A stretch of 63,779 bases of DNA, filler included, from Rhabdomonas costata (lineage: Eukaryota), in NCBI GenBank assembly GCA_019059605.1. It is 36 parts of 36 records of this genome, joined end to end, with 100 filler letters (N's around TTAATTAATTAA, not from the genome) between each part and the next. Parts side by side here need not be neighbours in the genome. Positions count along the whole stretch, not along the records: positions 46,140 to 47,813 come from JAHMHO010010864.1; positions 47,914 to 49,587 come from JAHMHO010010865.1; positions 49,688 to 51,361 come from JAHMHO010010866.1; positions 51,462 to 53,135 come from JAHMHO010010867.1; positions 53,236 to 54,909 come from JAHMHO010010868.1; positions 55,010 to 56,683 come from JAHMHO010010869.1; positions 56,784 to 58,457 come from JAHMHO010010870.1; positions 58,558 to 60,231 come from JAHMHO010010871.1; 28 more parts are not named here. One strand, written 5' to 3'. Under the pieces are notes generated by a model. That model was not told the DNA's origin, did not search any database, and worked only from the letters and a program-made list of their open reading frames with translations. The stretch's first letter is position 1. Every line of letters starts with the position of its first letter. Positions 47,363 through 60,398 of the stretch are shown in pieces. The position numbers and the translations under genes were made by a program.

Positions 47363-49234
47363 GTCTCCTTTTTTTGTTATATATACAAACATATACGAGC
47401 TTATACACAGTCTCTTCTGCTTCTTCTGCTGGAGCCGCTATTTTCCTCGAATTTATCGCATTTGGCCTATCGGCCTTTGCTCCAACGTTGCATCAACAGT
47501 GTTTCTTTTTTATGCTCCGCAATTTGTGGTAACTTGTCGGTGAGGGAAGGTGGCGTTGTTGATTACAAATTAGCATTGGCAGCCGAGGTAAAGGCACAAA
47601 AAGGAAATATTTCCCAGAAGCAGCTTAACCTATGGTCATGAAAACCAAACATCTTACAGGGTTCCCTATTTCATATTTCATATTTTTATTCGTATCTTTG
47701 AAGTGAGGCCGTCCCCTTGTTTGGAGGTCCTTCAGGTGGCTCTTTTCAACTCCCAACCTCTTGTACCTGCCTGCCCGCCCAGGCGGGCCACCCCCAACCA
47801 AAATCACACAAACNNNNNNNNNNNNNNNNNNNNNNNNNNNNNNNNNNNNNNNNNNNNTTAATTAATTAANNNNNNNNNNNNNNNNNNNNNNNNNNNNNNN
47901 NNNNNNNNNNNNNGTGTGTTCGCTGCTGGTCTCCAGCACAAAGACCCGAGTGCACCGGCAGTACTCCAAAAGAAGCTCCGCCCTAATGAATTATTCGGTA
48001 GCTTTCCAGGGGATAGGATCCTCGATCTCAGTTCTAACAGAGGACCGCTGTCCTCACATGCACAGCCCACAGACGTGTCCACCTCGACAGGAGGTTGGGC
48101 GCACAAAGTTTGGCTTGGGCGAAAGCTTTTGGACGGTACTCGGTGTGTCAGTCCTTAGCCGGGAGGCGAACCCCGTGGCATTCTCAATTTTCCTGTGCGA
48201 CGTATGACGGTTCTCTGATGAATGACGGTAGTGTCCACTGTGAATATGAAGCAGCGCGTGCTGTCCGGGAAAGTTCCCCAATAAAAAACGTGCCCCAGGG
48301 CACTGTGCGGAGGTGAGATTCGAAAAGGAGATCAAAGGCAGGGAATGGCGGACCCCAAAAGTAGAAGCACTCTCCAAATCAATAATCAACCCACCAACCC
48401 ATACCTTAATTTATCCCGAATATCACTTGCATATGTCGAAAATATACGTCTCTTAGGGGTTGGGCGGGAGGAATGGCTCCATAGTCTTCGGACAACCCTC
48501 GAGTTCCACATAGAGTTCACCGCCACCAAGGCCCAACTTCAGTCCCACGGCACGGCATAACCCTTGTTGTGTGCCTCCCAACGAAAGCTTCACACGCCAA
48601 CACAGCCCCGTGCAAAAGGACCGGGGGGGGGGGGCAAGGCAAGGGTTATGGGCTTGCGTTTAGCAAGGAGACATTCTGCCCTGCCCGTGCTTCATATCAA
48701 TCCGAAAAACCCTTGGGCACACCATAGCTCACACTGCCGCTGGCGTGTGCTCAGGACGGGCTGCAGGGTGAAGAACGGGGGAAGGTAGTAGTGTGCGGGA
48801 AAGCGGAAAGGAACGGTCGAGGAGGAGGGGCGCTCCGTCGCGGGAGAGCCACCCATGAAGCGACCCACAACAGGACTGGCAAGCGTGGGGGAAGTCATGT
48901 GTGTTGTTCGGAGCGAAAAGCAAAAGAAGTGCCAAAAAATCTGTTTGGAATCGAATAGATTTGACACCACTTCTGAAACCCCTGATCGACTACCAACAAT
49001 GCAAGCCATTTGATGCCTACATTTCTTATCTCACCAAAATGAGGGACCATGGATAGCTGGACGGCCCAGGTTGGAGGAAACCAAGCCTTTCTTTTTCCGA
49101 TTCTCACGGAATGGAAATTCAACCACTGCCACAGAAGCAGAACCCGGGGGTCACTTTCCCCACAAACCAGTCCCAGGTTAATTAGTGCAACCAGAACAAA
49201 GTGCTGCTCAGCGAGGAGCCGTGGCAGAAGGTAA

Positions 49235-49532
49235 TTATGCGAACAAGGGTAGGGATCGAGTTGGCGAATCCAGCGAGCCATCACCCATCCGAGAACACCG
49301 AATGGAGGGAATTTTCCGAGCCAGCTGTCGCAGCAGCTGCCCTGAACACGAAGTAATGTGACAGTCCTCCAGCCGAAGGGATGATAGCTTTGAGACCCCA
49401 TCCGCGAACCCCGCACAGAGCCGCACACAGCCCGACCACGTCCTCAGAGGTCAGCCCCAGAAGCACAAACTCCAGCTGTCGCAAGGTACTCAAGCTCCGA
49501 AGATTTAGCAAATGGGGACCGATGCCAGGCAC
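49235..49532 (-). pseudogene. Frameshifted LRR-like fragment
   Basis: LSTLRQLEFVLLGLTSEDVVGLC then, in another frame, KLSSLRLEDCHIT. A short CTGTG(TG)CGG duplication lies at the shift. Confidence 0.45.
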
Positions 49533-52500
49533 GTCCCAGACAGTAAGAGACAGACTCCGCAGTTGGGACAGACCACAGAGCCCAAAANNNNNNNNNNNNN
49601 NNNNNNNNNNNNNNNNNNNNNNNNNNNNNNNTTAATTAATTAANNNNNNNNNNNNNNNNNNNNNNNNNNNNNNNNNNNNNNNNNNNNGCAGACAACGCTG
49701 TGCTACAGGAGGCTCTGAATTACCCCTGGGGTAAGTCTGCGCTTTTACTTTTCTTCTCATTTCCGCACGCACACGCACAAGCACAAGCACACGCTTTTCT
49801 CATCCAACGAGACTTTTTAGTAATCTATCGGAAGCGTGGAATCATTCGGTTGGACGGGGTGTCCGCTGATTGATTCAGGATGTAAGTTGGTTTATGGGAA
49901 GTCCGCCAGTCATTTTCATTTTTTGTCTGGTTCTATCCAATGAATAGGGGGGTCGTCATTCAACGCACAATAAGGGGGATGAAAGGGTGTTACTTGTGAT
50001 TGCATTGGTGTCACTTTTGCCTGCCGCTTCACGTGCGGTTCTTATGCGGTTCTTATGCGGTTCCTCTCATCGTGCCTGATGACGATTTTGTACTCTTCAT
50101 TGCAGCTGCCCCGGGATCCCCACGGCCGGCGCTGCCTGCCTCTCTGGAGATTGCCAAGAATGCCTTGTTGATGGTGAAGTACCCCCACGCTCAGTGAGAG
50201 CTTTGGACCCTTTGGACAGATTGTACTCGGAAGGACTTATGTGTGCAGGCTGCCCCCAAGTGAATATAAATTTTCAGCCCATCTGATGTAGATAATCTTT
50301 GCGTTCTTTTTTTGTAGCTTCGTTGTGGGATTTCCCTTTCTCACTGTACTTGTGCGGGGTTTGTGCCATCTGCCGGGTGGATAGACTAGGGAAGAGACGG
50401 AGGCTTTTTTCGTTGAGAATATGGACACCTGCGGCTTAGAGGAAAAGTGGCGTCCCTTTTTGTGTGCTGAACGTTTGTCTTTTTATCTCGCAAGGGGAGC
50501 GTTCAGGGCTACTGCTACTGTGCTGATCTGCGCAGAAGGCATCCCAGGGGCCACCCCTTTGGCGCTCGGAAGGGACCCCCTTGATCATGTTGCGTGGCCT
50601 TGTATTGTACTTCCCAGGCTCTCTACCCAAGTTCAGTTTGATGCTTCTCATTGATGTCTCTCGGCGGTTCAAGAAAGATATAGTATTCACCAGCTCGTAT
50701 CGCGGCGGACACTTTTACTTGGCGAGCTCAAAAAGTAAGATTGAGCCCAACGGAAGTTGGGGGGGGGGGGTAATGGTTACCAGTGGTTACAGAAAACTGG
50801 CTTAAAACTTTTAAAAAGGTCAGGTAAAACGTGCCAGCATTCTCTCTATTTTTGTCAAAGGGCATACTTTGCCAGTACTTCTTGAATTAGCGCTTTTGCT
50901 TAGCACCTGAAAACTACTGCAAGAGGGCTAAACAATGGCAGGGATATGGCCGGATTAGAAGGACAGCATTATCGGGGGCAAAGGCCACCGGCGCGGCAGC
51001 CGGAGCGTGCAGATGTTCACATCGTTATGCATCCGGGTTGCCTTCTTCGCGTTCGGGAGTTTCCTGCATTCTTGCAGAGAGTTTGCAAGTGGAGATAGAG
51101 ACCGCCCTGGGCGGGTTCGCCCCTTGCTTGTTTGTGCTTACGTTCAACATATGGCTCATCCAGTGATTAAGGGCCAGGGGTGCGACGACCCAAGCGAGCT
51201 TGAAAAAAAAAAAGAAACCCCCATACCCCATACAAAAGGTTGCAGGAAGAGGTTTTACGAAGGTTTTGCAGTGCATGAAACGAAGGACAATACGTCTGCA
51301 CCTGCTGCCTTCACCGGATGTTGTGCTGTACCACCCCACACCACCCAACCACACCCACCACNNNNNNNNNNNNNNNNNNNNNNNNNNNNNNNNNNNNNNN
51401 NNNNNTTAATTAATTAANNNNNNNNNNNNNNNNNNNNNNNNNNNNNNNNNNNNNNNNNNNNCGGGGAAGTCGCAAGAGCCACGTAATTGGTCCGAGCCCG
51501 CCGTGCCGTCTGACATTAACGCGCCAAAAACTCACGTCGCCGCACACAACAGCCCGGCAGGTAGAACCTTGCGCCGTACGGGGACTTACTGACCAAACAC
51601 AAACAAAATAGCCAGATACCCAAAAGATCCACGACAACGGCCAACAGAGGCGCTTGAAGTGGTGTACGCAATGTTCCCCACTTTGGTTTTCGCTTGAACG
51701 TGCCTTTTTTCGGCCTCTTCCAAAACCGGGATTTCCGTCGTTCGGGGCAATTCGAAATGCGGATGACTCGGAAAACCGATGCTTCAATTTTGTATTTTTT
51801 TGGGCTTGGCACTAGCCATGTAACTTCAACATTTTGTATTTTCTTTTTCCACTCCAAAAAGGCTTACAAGATGAAAAAGAAACACATACAGCTGCGAACA
51901 ATTACAAAGGAGTTGAAACACTCCCACGTGCACCAAAGAAGCAAAGCGCAGGAGTCGGGTTTGCGAGCACGTGGGGGGCCCACGCGATGCCTGGGCTAGC
52001 ATGTACTGAGGATACTGAGGGTGTTTTGGAGGCAAGCAGGCGTGTGGATAGAACACGCTGCCACACTCCACCACAAAAACCCTATTCCAGGCGACGAACG
52101 ACCAAAGCAGGGGGTCTGTGGCGCAACGGTTACTTGTGCACACGAGCTGGAAGCCAAGCTCGTCATGCCACTGCAATCACTACAGGAAACCCTGACCCAA
52201 CGGAAGAGGTGGAAATGCCCACCAGTAGGTTCTACCCGTCGCAGAAGTTGTCCTCACCAGCCTCCCGCTCCAGAAGCGATCGAATGCGGACGGCAGAGGC
52301 CAACGAGGAGATCAGAAGCATCCAACCCTTGGAGCGCATAAATGAAAAGGTAATACAGCGCTGGAGGGCAGTTGCGCGAACATAATACCGCATTTCCGAT
52401 TCAAAATGGGAATTGTTTCAGAAAAAGAGCAAAGCAGTGCATTGATATAGGATTGCCGTGAACCGGTGATCGAAGCTGGTCTCTGCTGAAGCCAATTGGC

Positions 52501-53240
52501 TTGCGGTAACCACGAAGTCAGCATGGAATCCCCATTGAAAATAAGCCTCTCATTTTGAAGCCCCAGTGGCAGATATTACCGAGATGCTCACTGGAAAAAA
52601 TTACCACGAACAACAATTTTTTGGGAATTTGGAATTTCCAAATAAATGAATTGGATGTTGATGATGTTGGATGTTGACCAAAGATAAGCAATGCCAATTG
52701 CTGTGAAAACAACAAACAGACATAATTGCTTGAGTTTCAGCTCCGATGCTCTTTTGGAAGCGAACTGCCAAACCAGAAAGTAGGATGCGTTCAGGTCGCA
52801 GGTCGTGTCGTGGCTTGGACGTTGTAGTCATTTCTTCTCCTTGCAGTACATCCGCTGTCTAGCACCGAGACTAAGTTGCTGTGATTCATGCTTCTTCAGA
52901 ATGTGGACTTTGCTTCACAGAACATGGAATATATCAGGTCGAAAAGCGACACAAAGGCAAACAAAAAAGCACAACACAGCATACACACCTGAGACACCAC
53001 AGCGCTCCAGCCCTTCGCAGAGGGCTGAGGAGGCTTTCCGGTGCCAGAAGCGGAGGCAGGAGCCTTCCCAGGGCCGCGAGTTTTCTCACCACCACTACCA
53101 CCACCACCACAACCACCACCAAACACACCCACCACNNNNNNNNNNNNNNNNNNNNNNNNNNNNNNNNNNNNNNNNNNNNTTAATTAATTAANNNNNNNNN
53201 NNNNNNNNNNNNNNNNNNNNNNNNNNNNNNNNNNNGGTGT

Positions 53241-53407
53241 TGGTAAATGCCAACAACTTTCACTGGGAATTCATTGGGAATGCTGCCAACAAATTTTCTC
53301 ATGTATTCTTCACGTAAGGACATACGTTGTCACACAAATGACAAGTGACAAAATTTGTTGGCAGCATTCCCAATGAATTCCCAGTGAAAGTTGTTGGCAT
53401 TTACCAT
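53241..53407. repeat. Perfect 57-bp inverted repeat (53241-53297 / 53351-53407)
   Basis: TGGTAAATGCCAACAAC...CCAACAAATTTT and its exact reverse complement, 53-bp spacer, at a contig start. Confidence 0.9.
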
Positions 53408-53795
53408 TTTCACGCGAACAGCCAAACGCTGGAGGCGTAAACCACGGAGGCGGAGTATTTGGCAACGAAAGTTCAGACAGCGCGGGGCACCCCTGCAATG
53501 CTACAAGGAGAGCATCAAGATCGAGCTCATCGCTGCCAGAGACCACATTAAAAGCTTGCAGCAAGGGGCACCCGCGGAGTTGCCCCGCCAAGTATGCGAC
53601 CTGGTAAGGCTCTAATCGACGCATCGAAAAGCTCAGGAGATTTGCCGTGAGAACAACGGAAAGGACTTGGGGTCCGTCTGCAGAGACGTGGGAAAGATGA
53701 TTGATCTCACACCATCGCAGGCTTACGACACAAAATGAGTGAGACCGGCAAAAGCCAAACATATGTCGCAACAGATCCGAGGGAAGAAGGTCCAT
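53310..53795 (-). CDS. F-box/LRR-like protein
   Basis: MDLLPSDLLRHMFGF...VVSLRW (F-box-like) followed by LRGCPLLQAF and LQGCPALSELSL repeats. The 3' end runs into the inverted repeat. Confidence 0.65.
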   Translation of the reverse strand: MDLLPSDLLRHMFGFCRSHSFCVVSLRWCEINHLSHVSADGPQVLSVVLTANLLSFSMRRLEPYQVAYLAGQLRGCPLLQAFNVVSGSDELDLDALLVALQGCPALSELSLPNTPPPWFTPPAFGCSRENGKCQQLSLGIHWECCQQILSLVICVTTYVLT

Positions 53796-56700
53796 TGCGT
53801 ACTGAGAAGAAAAAAGCACTGAGGTGCGCAACAATGTGAAAAAACCCTTGACCAAAAACGATGCTGCATGACAAAAATGGGATGCATAAACTTTGCTAAA
53901 CAAACAACATGAATTACACGGATATGTGCTTCTATAGGACAGGGGACCAAGGGCCAGGTCTTGATCACACCCTGATCATTGATAATTTCACTTCGGTTCG
54001 GATTGCAGCAGTGAAGAGACCGTGTGCCAAGTGACGAGAAGGAACCCTTAGAATATCTGGTTGGACGGTTAGATCGTTAGACCCAGCACCACGCAAAGCT
54101 TTTGCTACCCCGAGCTGCGCAAAGTTCGGAGGTGTTCGGGTTGAGCTCGTTGTTTGAGAAATTTTGGTTGCAGCACTTTTAGAGAACCTGTCCGGGCGAG
54201 CTGATGCCAACAGGGAAAGCAGTGATACTAATTTAATGCTAAATATTGTCCGCGTCACCTCAAAAAGTCAAAACCGAAGGAAGTGTACTCTGAATCACTA
54301 AATCAGGCATTTTCGGACTTGGCAGCTAAAAAGGGGTGGTGAAAAAACTGTTTTTGACCTGGAGGTGGTTTTGTGTCTTTTCGGCCAGTTTTTTGTGTGT
54401 CTACCCATACCTCTTACTTTCGTTATGACGCGGGCCATATAATCTCTTGATTCATTTAAAGGTAGGTGCATGCTCTTGTGTCTCCTTCGATTTCATGAAT
54501 ACCCGCACGCCTTTCCCATTGCTTCACTCGTTTTATCAGTTCACACATCAGTGCTCAGAGATGTACACCGTCCTCTTTGCGGCCTCTCCACGTGCCCACG
54601 ACATAGCATAGTCGCGGTATCCGCGGGCTGAGGCCCTCCAATCGCAGCGGACTGAGGTAGTTGGGGGCCACTACGGCGAAGGTGGCCACCCTAGAACTCC
54701 CAGACTTTAGGAGCTTCGTCATTCACCTGAAGAACGGGGAAACGCAGAAAATGCAATAGAAAGGCAGACACAAAGCAAGCTCAAGGTAAGTTCTCGGAAT
54801 TCCCGACCGGACCCTTGTACATCTTCGGGGAAATAGAGAGTCTGTAAAACAGAGCTTGCCACGACTGTCATGTGAACTGGCGGTATGTAACGTCACGGGC
54901 ACCACACACNNNNNNNNNNNNNNNNNNNNNNNNNNNNNNNNNNNNNNNNNNNNTTAATTAATTAANNNNNNNNNNNNNNNNNNNNNNNNNNNNNNNNNNN
55001 NNNNNNNNNGTTGGGTTGGAAATGAGACCTGCTTTTTAGTAACAATAAAGCCACCAATGGGGTGAGGGATGAAAGGAGCAAGGTTGCGCAAGGGGATTCG
55101 AACAAAGGTGCCGGTTGAGACCCGGAATGGCACTTGCCTTTGGGCACCACTGGAAAAAAGGGTTTCGCGGGGGGAAAGGGTAAATTGGAAAGATTTTTTT
55201 TTAGCAAAATCGATAAAATTTCAGAAGAAACTGGTGGAAGGCACGGATCTCATCCAAAGGGGCCGAATCCAAGGCAGAAGGCATAATGGGACGGCACAAA
55301 GGACTGAGGAATGAGGATATGATCAATAGTCAGAACATAGCTTGGCACGGAGTTCCGAGTCCACAACCGAGGCCACAACACAACCTGTGAAGGGCCGCGG
55401 CCAAACAGAACAATAAAGGGAAAGAACCACTACAACCAGTGTTGCCCGTCGGCGCCCGCAAAGTGTTGCGCGTTGGTTCAATAAAAACTCTGTCCTTACA
55501 TTGTTTTGTACGGTAGAAAGGCGTTCCAAATGGGCGGTGCGAAGGCACACCCCATGCCACCCGGTACCGCCTTCGAGGGGCCAAAGCGCAGAAGCCACAG
55601 ACACCTCTATTCATCATGGTGACACACCGGGCAAACCGCAAGGCATGGGGCGCAAACCCATTTTTGCGCGTGGAACGGACAACCGTGCAACAAGAAGCTT
55701 GTTTGGACCAAAACGTTGCCTTTGTGACGGATAGATTTGGAGAGCTCTACGAGTCAAGCCAAAACGCCCACGGCATGAAAAACCAATACCGCAGCGTCGT
55801 GGAGCAAGGTGCGCACAACCCAAAAAAAGCGCAAGTAACCTTGTAACCGCACGCGTTTCAAGGGACTCAAAGTCCACAGGGCCTTTGCTAGGTCGCTTCG
55901 CATCGCATTGTTCGGTATGAGGGCACCTTCCCGTTGTGCACAAACTCTAACCAGCACGCCGCACTGAATCCATGGAATTCGCTTTGTTCAGCAAAGCCTT
56001 TCTTGGGCACATCTAACCGTTCAAGGACAGGGAAGGCATCAACCCTCCCACGGTGGCCGCCAAGGAATTGGATCAGCGGAATTCCGAGACCACCAGCCGT
56101 GACACCAACCGCCCCAGGTCCCATACATTCGTTGCCGACGGGGGGCGTCCCTGACCCTCCCAGTCGCCGCGGCGCCTGTGCCGGGTGCTGGTGCGCATCT
56201 CCCCGCCAAGGGACCCCGCCGGCATGGAGCGCACCCGCCAAACCGGAGACAGCCCGGCTCTGCATCACCACAGGGGCTTTCCCATCCTGGCTGGCCCCCT
56301 GTCGGACCCAAGGTCACGCGCCTGCCGTAGGAGCCTTTTTCTTTCACGAGCACGACCGCCATCAGGACCTGGGACGCGATCAACGGATGGAATGACCGCA
56401 TGAGCGATGAATATAGAACGGCCGGAGCAGAACCCTTCAACGGAAGCAGCCTTTCTAGCGCGTGGGGGTTTTTGGCCCGTTTGGAAAAGGGCTTTCCGCG
56501 GCGGACCTATTAGATCAATAATTGTTACAACAAGTGGTGCCCTTTGGCGCCCGCAGTGGGCCCCGATTCCACAGCCAAATCCGCAGAACGACTTTCCCAA
56601 AAACTGTAGTTTCGCACGTTCCTCTCTCTCCTTTTCCACCACAGTCCCACATTTTATATCTCTCATCCCCATGCCACCAACACNNNNNNNNNNNNNNNNN

Positions 56701-57943
56701 NNNNNNNNNNNNNNNNNNNNNNNNNNNTTAATTAATTAANNNNNNNNNNNNNNNNNNNNNNNNNNNNNNNNNNNNNNNNNNNNGTTGGGGGGGCACAAAA
56801 ACTGGAAAGACGATGCACGCGAAGGCGACCTGGAAGAAGTAGCTAATCAGTGGAAAAAACAGGCTAGTGCAGACCACGCGTGTTTCCTCTTTTTTGTTTT
56901 TCTTGTACGATGTTTCTCGGGCCCGAGACTTGGAGCGTGCGTCTGCCTCCGTCTTCGGTTTTCGGAGATTTTTTTCTTACTAGCGATTTTCTTTTCCAGC
57001 ATGTTGAATGGAGAATGAAGCTCGAATAAGTCGGGCGAACAGGTCCTTGATTCCACTTGTTTCGGCTTGAAAAGTGATCACGTGTTCAGGAAAAAGAGGG
57101 AGGTCGGCGAGCCGCTCCGGGTATAAAGCACGAGAAAGACTGGAAAGCCTTACACGCCTTACACACAATTGGCTGGCGTGGAAGCAAAGCGGAAGAGAAA
57201 AAAGAGTTGAAACGATCCCCAAGGCGTGCTCGCATCGAGTTTCCTTTCACACTCATTGAGCCTCAAGTCGCCCAACTCACAACAGCCCAGGGAGCTTCTC
57301 TAGTTAGTCCTTGTGTCTAGGTACATCATTTTTTTGTATTTTCGGGCCGGAAAATTTGACATAGTTTTTTTTGGATTGTTGTGCACTTTTTTTGCATTTT
57401 GTTTTGCATTATTTCTTTGAGGCCAAAAATCTGCTTTGGTTGTAATGGTTGCACTTTTCTTTCGCAGTTGAAGCCCGTGTATTCGTTTGTTTTGGAAGTT
57501 GAGTGCCTAGGATTAGGACTGGCTGCACACGGAGTGGTTGGTCAGCAACGTGAGGTCAGTTTTCGATCGTCTCCTTCTGAAAATCAAAAATGGTGCTTAG
57601 GAAATCGACCCCGGGCAAAAATTTTGGCTTGGGCTGCACTTTTCCTGAGGTTTTTCATACGCTGCATTTTCATTTCCCCCTCCGTCTGTACATCGAATAA
57701 CAATTAATATTTAAAAATGTGGGACGAAGTTCTGCGGAAGTTCTCACTACAAGAACTGGCCTCTTCCCCGGCTCGCGGTTTAGTATAAATGGACACCAGG
57801 GACAAAATGGAGACTTGGTGAGCAGTAGAAAGCAAGGCAGCGTAACTGCATCGAGAAGAGAATTCTCTTTGCACAATTTGTTGTCCTTTCCGACCTTTCC
57901 AACTGATCTCCAAGTTTTTGCTGGGCATGTTTTTCGCACGCAG

Positions 57944-58385
57944 GCGGTCACTGAGATCTTGTCTGGCGGTCGGTTCCGTCAGGCTCGAAAAGGTGTGGCA
58001 CGGAGTGTTCCAGTTTGGGGGTTTTTCTCCACGTTTCCTCCGACCCGCGAGCGGTGCTCTGTGGTGGTGACCTCTGTGATTGGGCACATTTTTGGCCTTG
58101 ATTTTGATGGCCGATACCCAGACCCAGCCAGCCTGTACGATGCGGCCACCGTGAAGGACGTCCAAGACTCCAGCCGAAAGTGTCGCGTGATTGAGCACCA
58201 CCAAGCCCTTGCAGAAGAAGCGGACTATCTTGCTTTATGGCTCGATTGCGATCGGGAAGGAGAGAACATTGCGTATGAAGTCATCTGCGTTCTGAGATCT
58301 CGATTTCCCACGGATGATAACGTTTACCGGGCCCAGTTCTCCGCTCTAACGCCCCAGGAGCTTCAAGCAGCCTTCCACTCCTTGG
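57944..58385 (+). CDS. TOP3: Type IA DNA topoisomerase III (beta-like), TOPRIM-domain exon
   Basis: VTSVIGHIFGLDF...LWLDCDREGENIAYEV...VYRAQFSAL; CAG acceptor at 57943, GTAAAC donor at 58386. Confidence 0.93.
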
Positions 58386-59199
58386 GTAAACGTTATCATC
58401 CGTGGGAAATCGAGATCTCAGAACGCAGATGACTTCATACGCAATGTTCTCTCCAACNNNNNNNNNNNNNNNNNNNNNNNNNNNNNNNNNNNNNNNNNNN
58501 NTTAATTAATTAANNNNNNNNNNNNNNNNNNNNNNNNNNNNNNNNNNNNNNNNNNNNGGTGGTTGTGTAGGGTATGCCGTTGGGCGGATTGGTGGGGTTG
58601 AGTCTTGGGGTTGGTGTTGCGTCGTTGCTGTAGGTGGGTCTCCAGGTCTTCGTTTACGTGTCGTTCTCCGTCTCCTTCGCCTAGTAGTGTGCGTTCTCGT
58701 CATAGCATGCCCTCTGTGTGAGTTGGGCGCTACTATGGTGGTTGGGTTCACGACTCCCTCCCACGACTACCGGTAGCTCCGATAGTCAGCACAACACAAC
58801 TGTGGGGCCATGACAGCAGAGCCTCAGAGGGTTACTGTATGGCTCACCCCACGTATCCTAGTCGGCTTCAGTGCATAGGCTTGAGTGACGTTGCATCACC
58901 GGTCACCGTATGACCTAAGCTCACCAGGTGTTGGTGGCCTCATCCGTATGTTCCCGTGTTGCCAGGCGTACCTGAGATCGCTCGTTCGGACCACTGCTCA
59001 TCATAGCTCTCAACGGCTTATGCGGACGGATGGAAATAGAGAGCGGCGTCAGAATGGTATCACACCTCTCGAGGAGGAAAGAAGACAACGTATATGGATA
59101 GCAACACCTGAGGATCACGCCGAAGTGCACGAGAGTAACAACGAATGCCTAGCCCTGGACACCCAGGTACCCATTGACATTGGAATAGCCTACAGCAAC

Positions 59200-59706
59200 T
59201 GGAGACAGAGAAAGAAACAGAAACGAATGCCGAACCCTGACACCGAACCCCGAAGACAGAAGCAGAGACAACAACAGCACACTACCAGCACACAACCAGC
59301 ACAGACAGACACAGAAGCAGCACTGCCACAGAAACGGACAAAGAACCCCGACCCACGAACCCAAAGCCGACACACGACACCACAAACCCCACAGCACACC
59401 AGAAGCACAGACACAGACACAGACACAGCCAACACAACCACGCACCACGCACCAACCAACCCTCCAGCACCCACACCCACGGCTCCACCAACAGCCAACC
59501 ACAGACCCAACGCATCATCCACCCCAACACCAACAGCCCGAACGTGACACCAACAGCAAGCACACACCCTACGCTACAGACAGAACCAGACACCCTACGC
59601 TACAGACGCAGACCCTAAACCTAAACCTAAACCTAGACTCCGACTCAGAACCTTGCACCTACAGCAGAACCTAACACCTATACCTATACCCTAAACGTAA
59701 CCCATA
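59200..59706. repeat. C/A-skewed low-complexity tract ending in telomere-like hexamers
   Basis: ACACCCTACGCTACAGAC twice (59564, 59590), (CCTAAA)3 at 59614-59631, then CCTATA, CCCTAAA and CGTAAC variants. Confidence 0.7.
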
Positions 59707-60398
59707 GAATACATAAAGAACGCACACGCACACGAATTAAAGGCCAACACAATCAACGCGATACCAAACACCTGGATACTAACTTGGGAACACAAAGCCG
59801 GATAGGAAGGAAAGGAAGAAGACACGCACGAACCCACAACATAACCATCCTAGCGTGGGTGAACAGGGTTTCGACTCTGTACCTTATGCGTGACGTTAGG
59901 ATGAGGCCCAACATCCAACCTGTGGAGTTGAGGCAGCAGGGTAACGGGGATGGTGCGATGCCTTCCCTCACTCCTACTGCCCGAACCCCTCACCGTTGAT
60001 GTTGACGCTGCCAACCCACTGCAGGGACAGTGACGCGTACCTTCTACCGGTAGCACACTCAACTCTTGGCACTCCCAACGTTGATGCGTACCACCACCTG
60101 AAGGGAGGACACTGACACCCTGACGTGACGTTGCTGCAGCGATGATGGCATGAGGAAGGGTGACGTGACAGCCACTACGGTATGAACCACCAACCCCGAT
60201 GCATGACTAAGGCTACACCCCACAACAACACNNNNNNNNNNNNNNNNNNNNNNNNNNNNNNNNNNNNNNNNNNNNTTAATTAATTAANNNNNNNNNNNNN
60301 NNNNNNNNNNNNNNNNNNNNNNNNNNNNNNNTTGTCATCCGGTGGCCCTGCGCCCCCTCCACCTGCTTGGCACTCCTCGGGAGGTGTGGCTCTCACAG

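Noticed and set aside
57719..57943. N-terminal extension of the TOP3 ORF in the ORF track
   Set aside because: No similarity to TOP3 and no AEKPS motif; most likely intron read-through up to the CAG at 57943.
58885..59593. Long overlapping ORFs in C/A- and G/T-skewed tracts (also 10603-11272)
   Set aside because: Stop codons are rare because of compositional skew; the translations are low-complexity with no domain signal.
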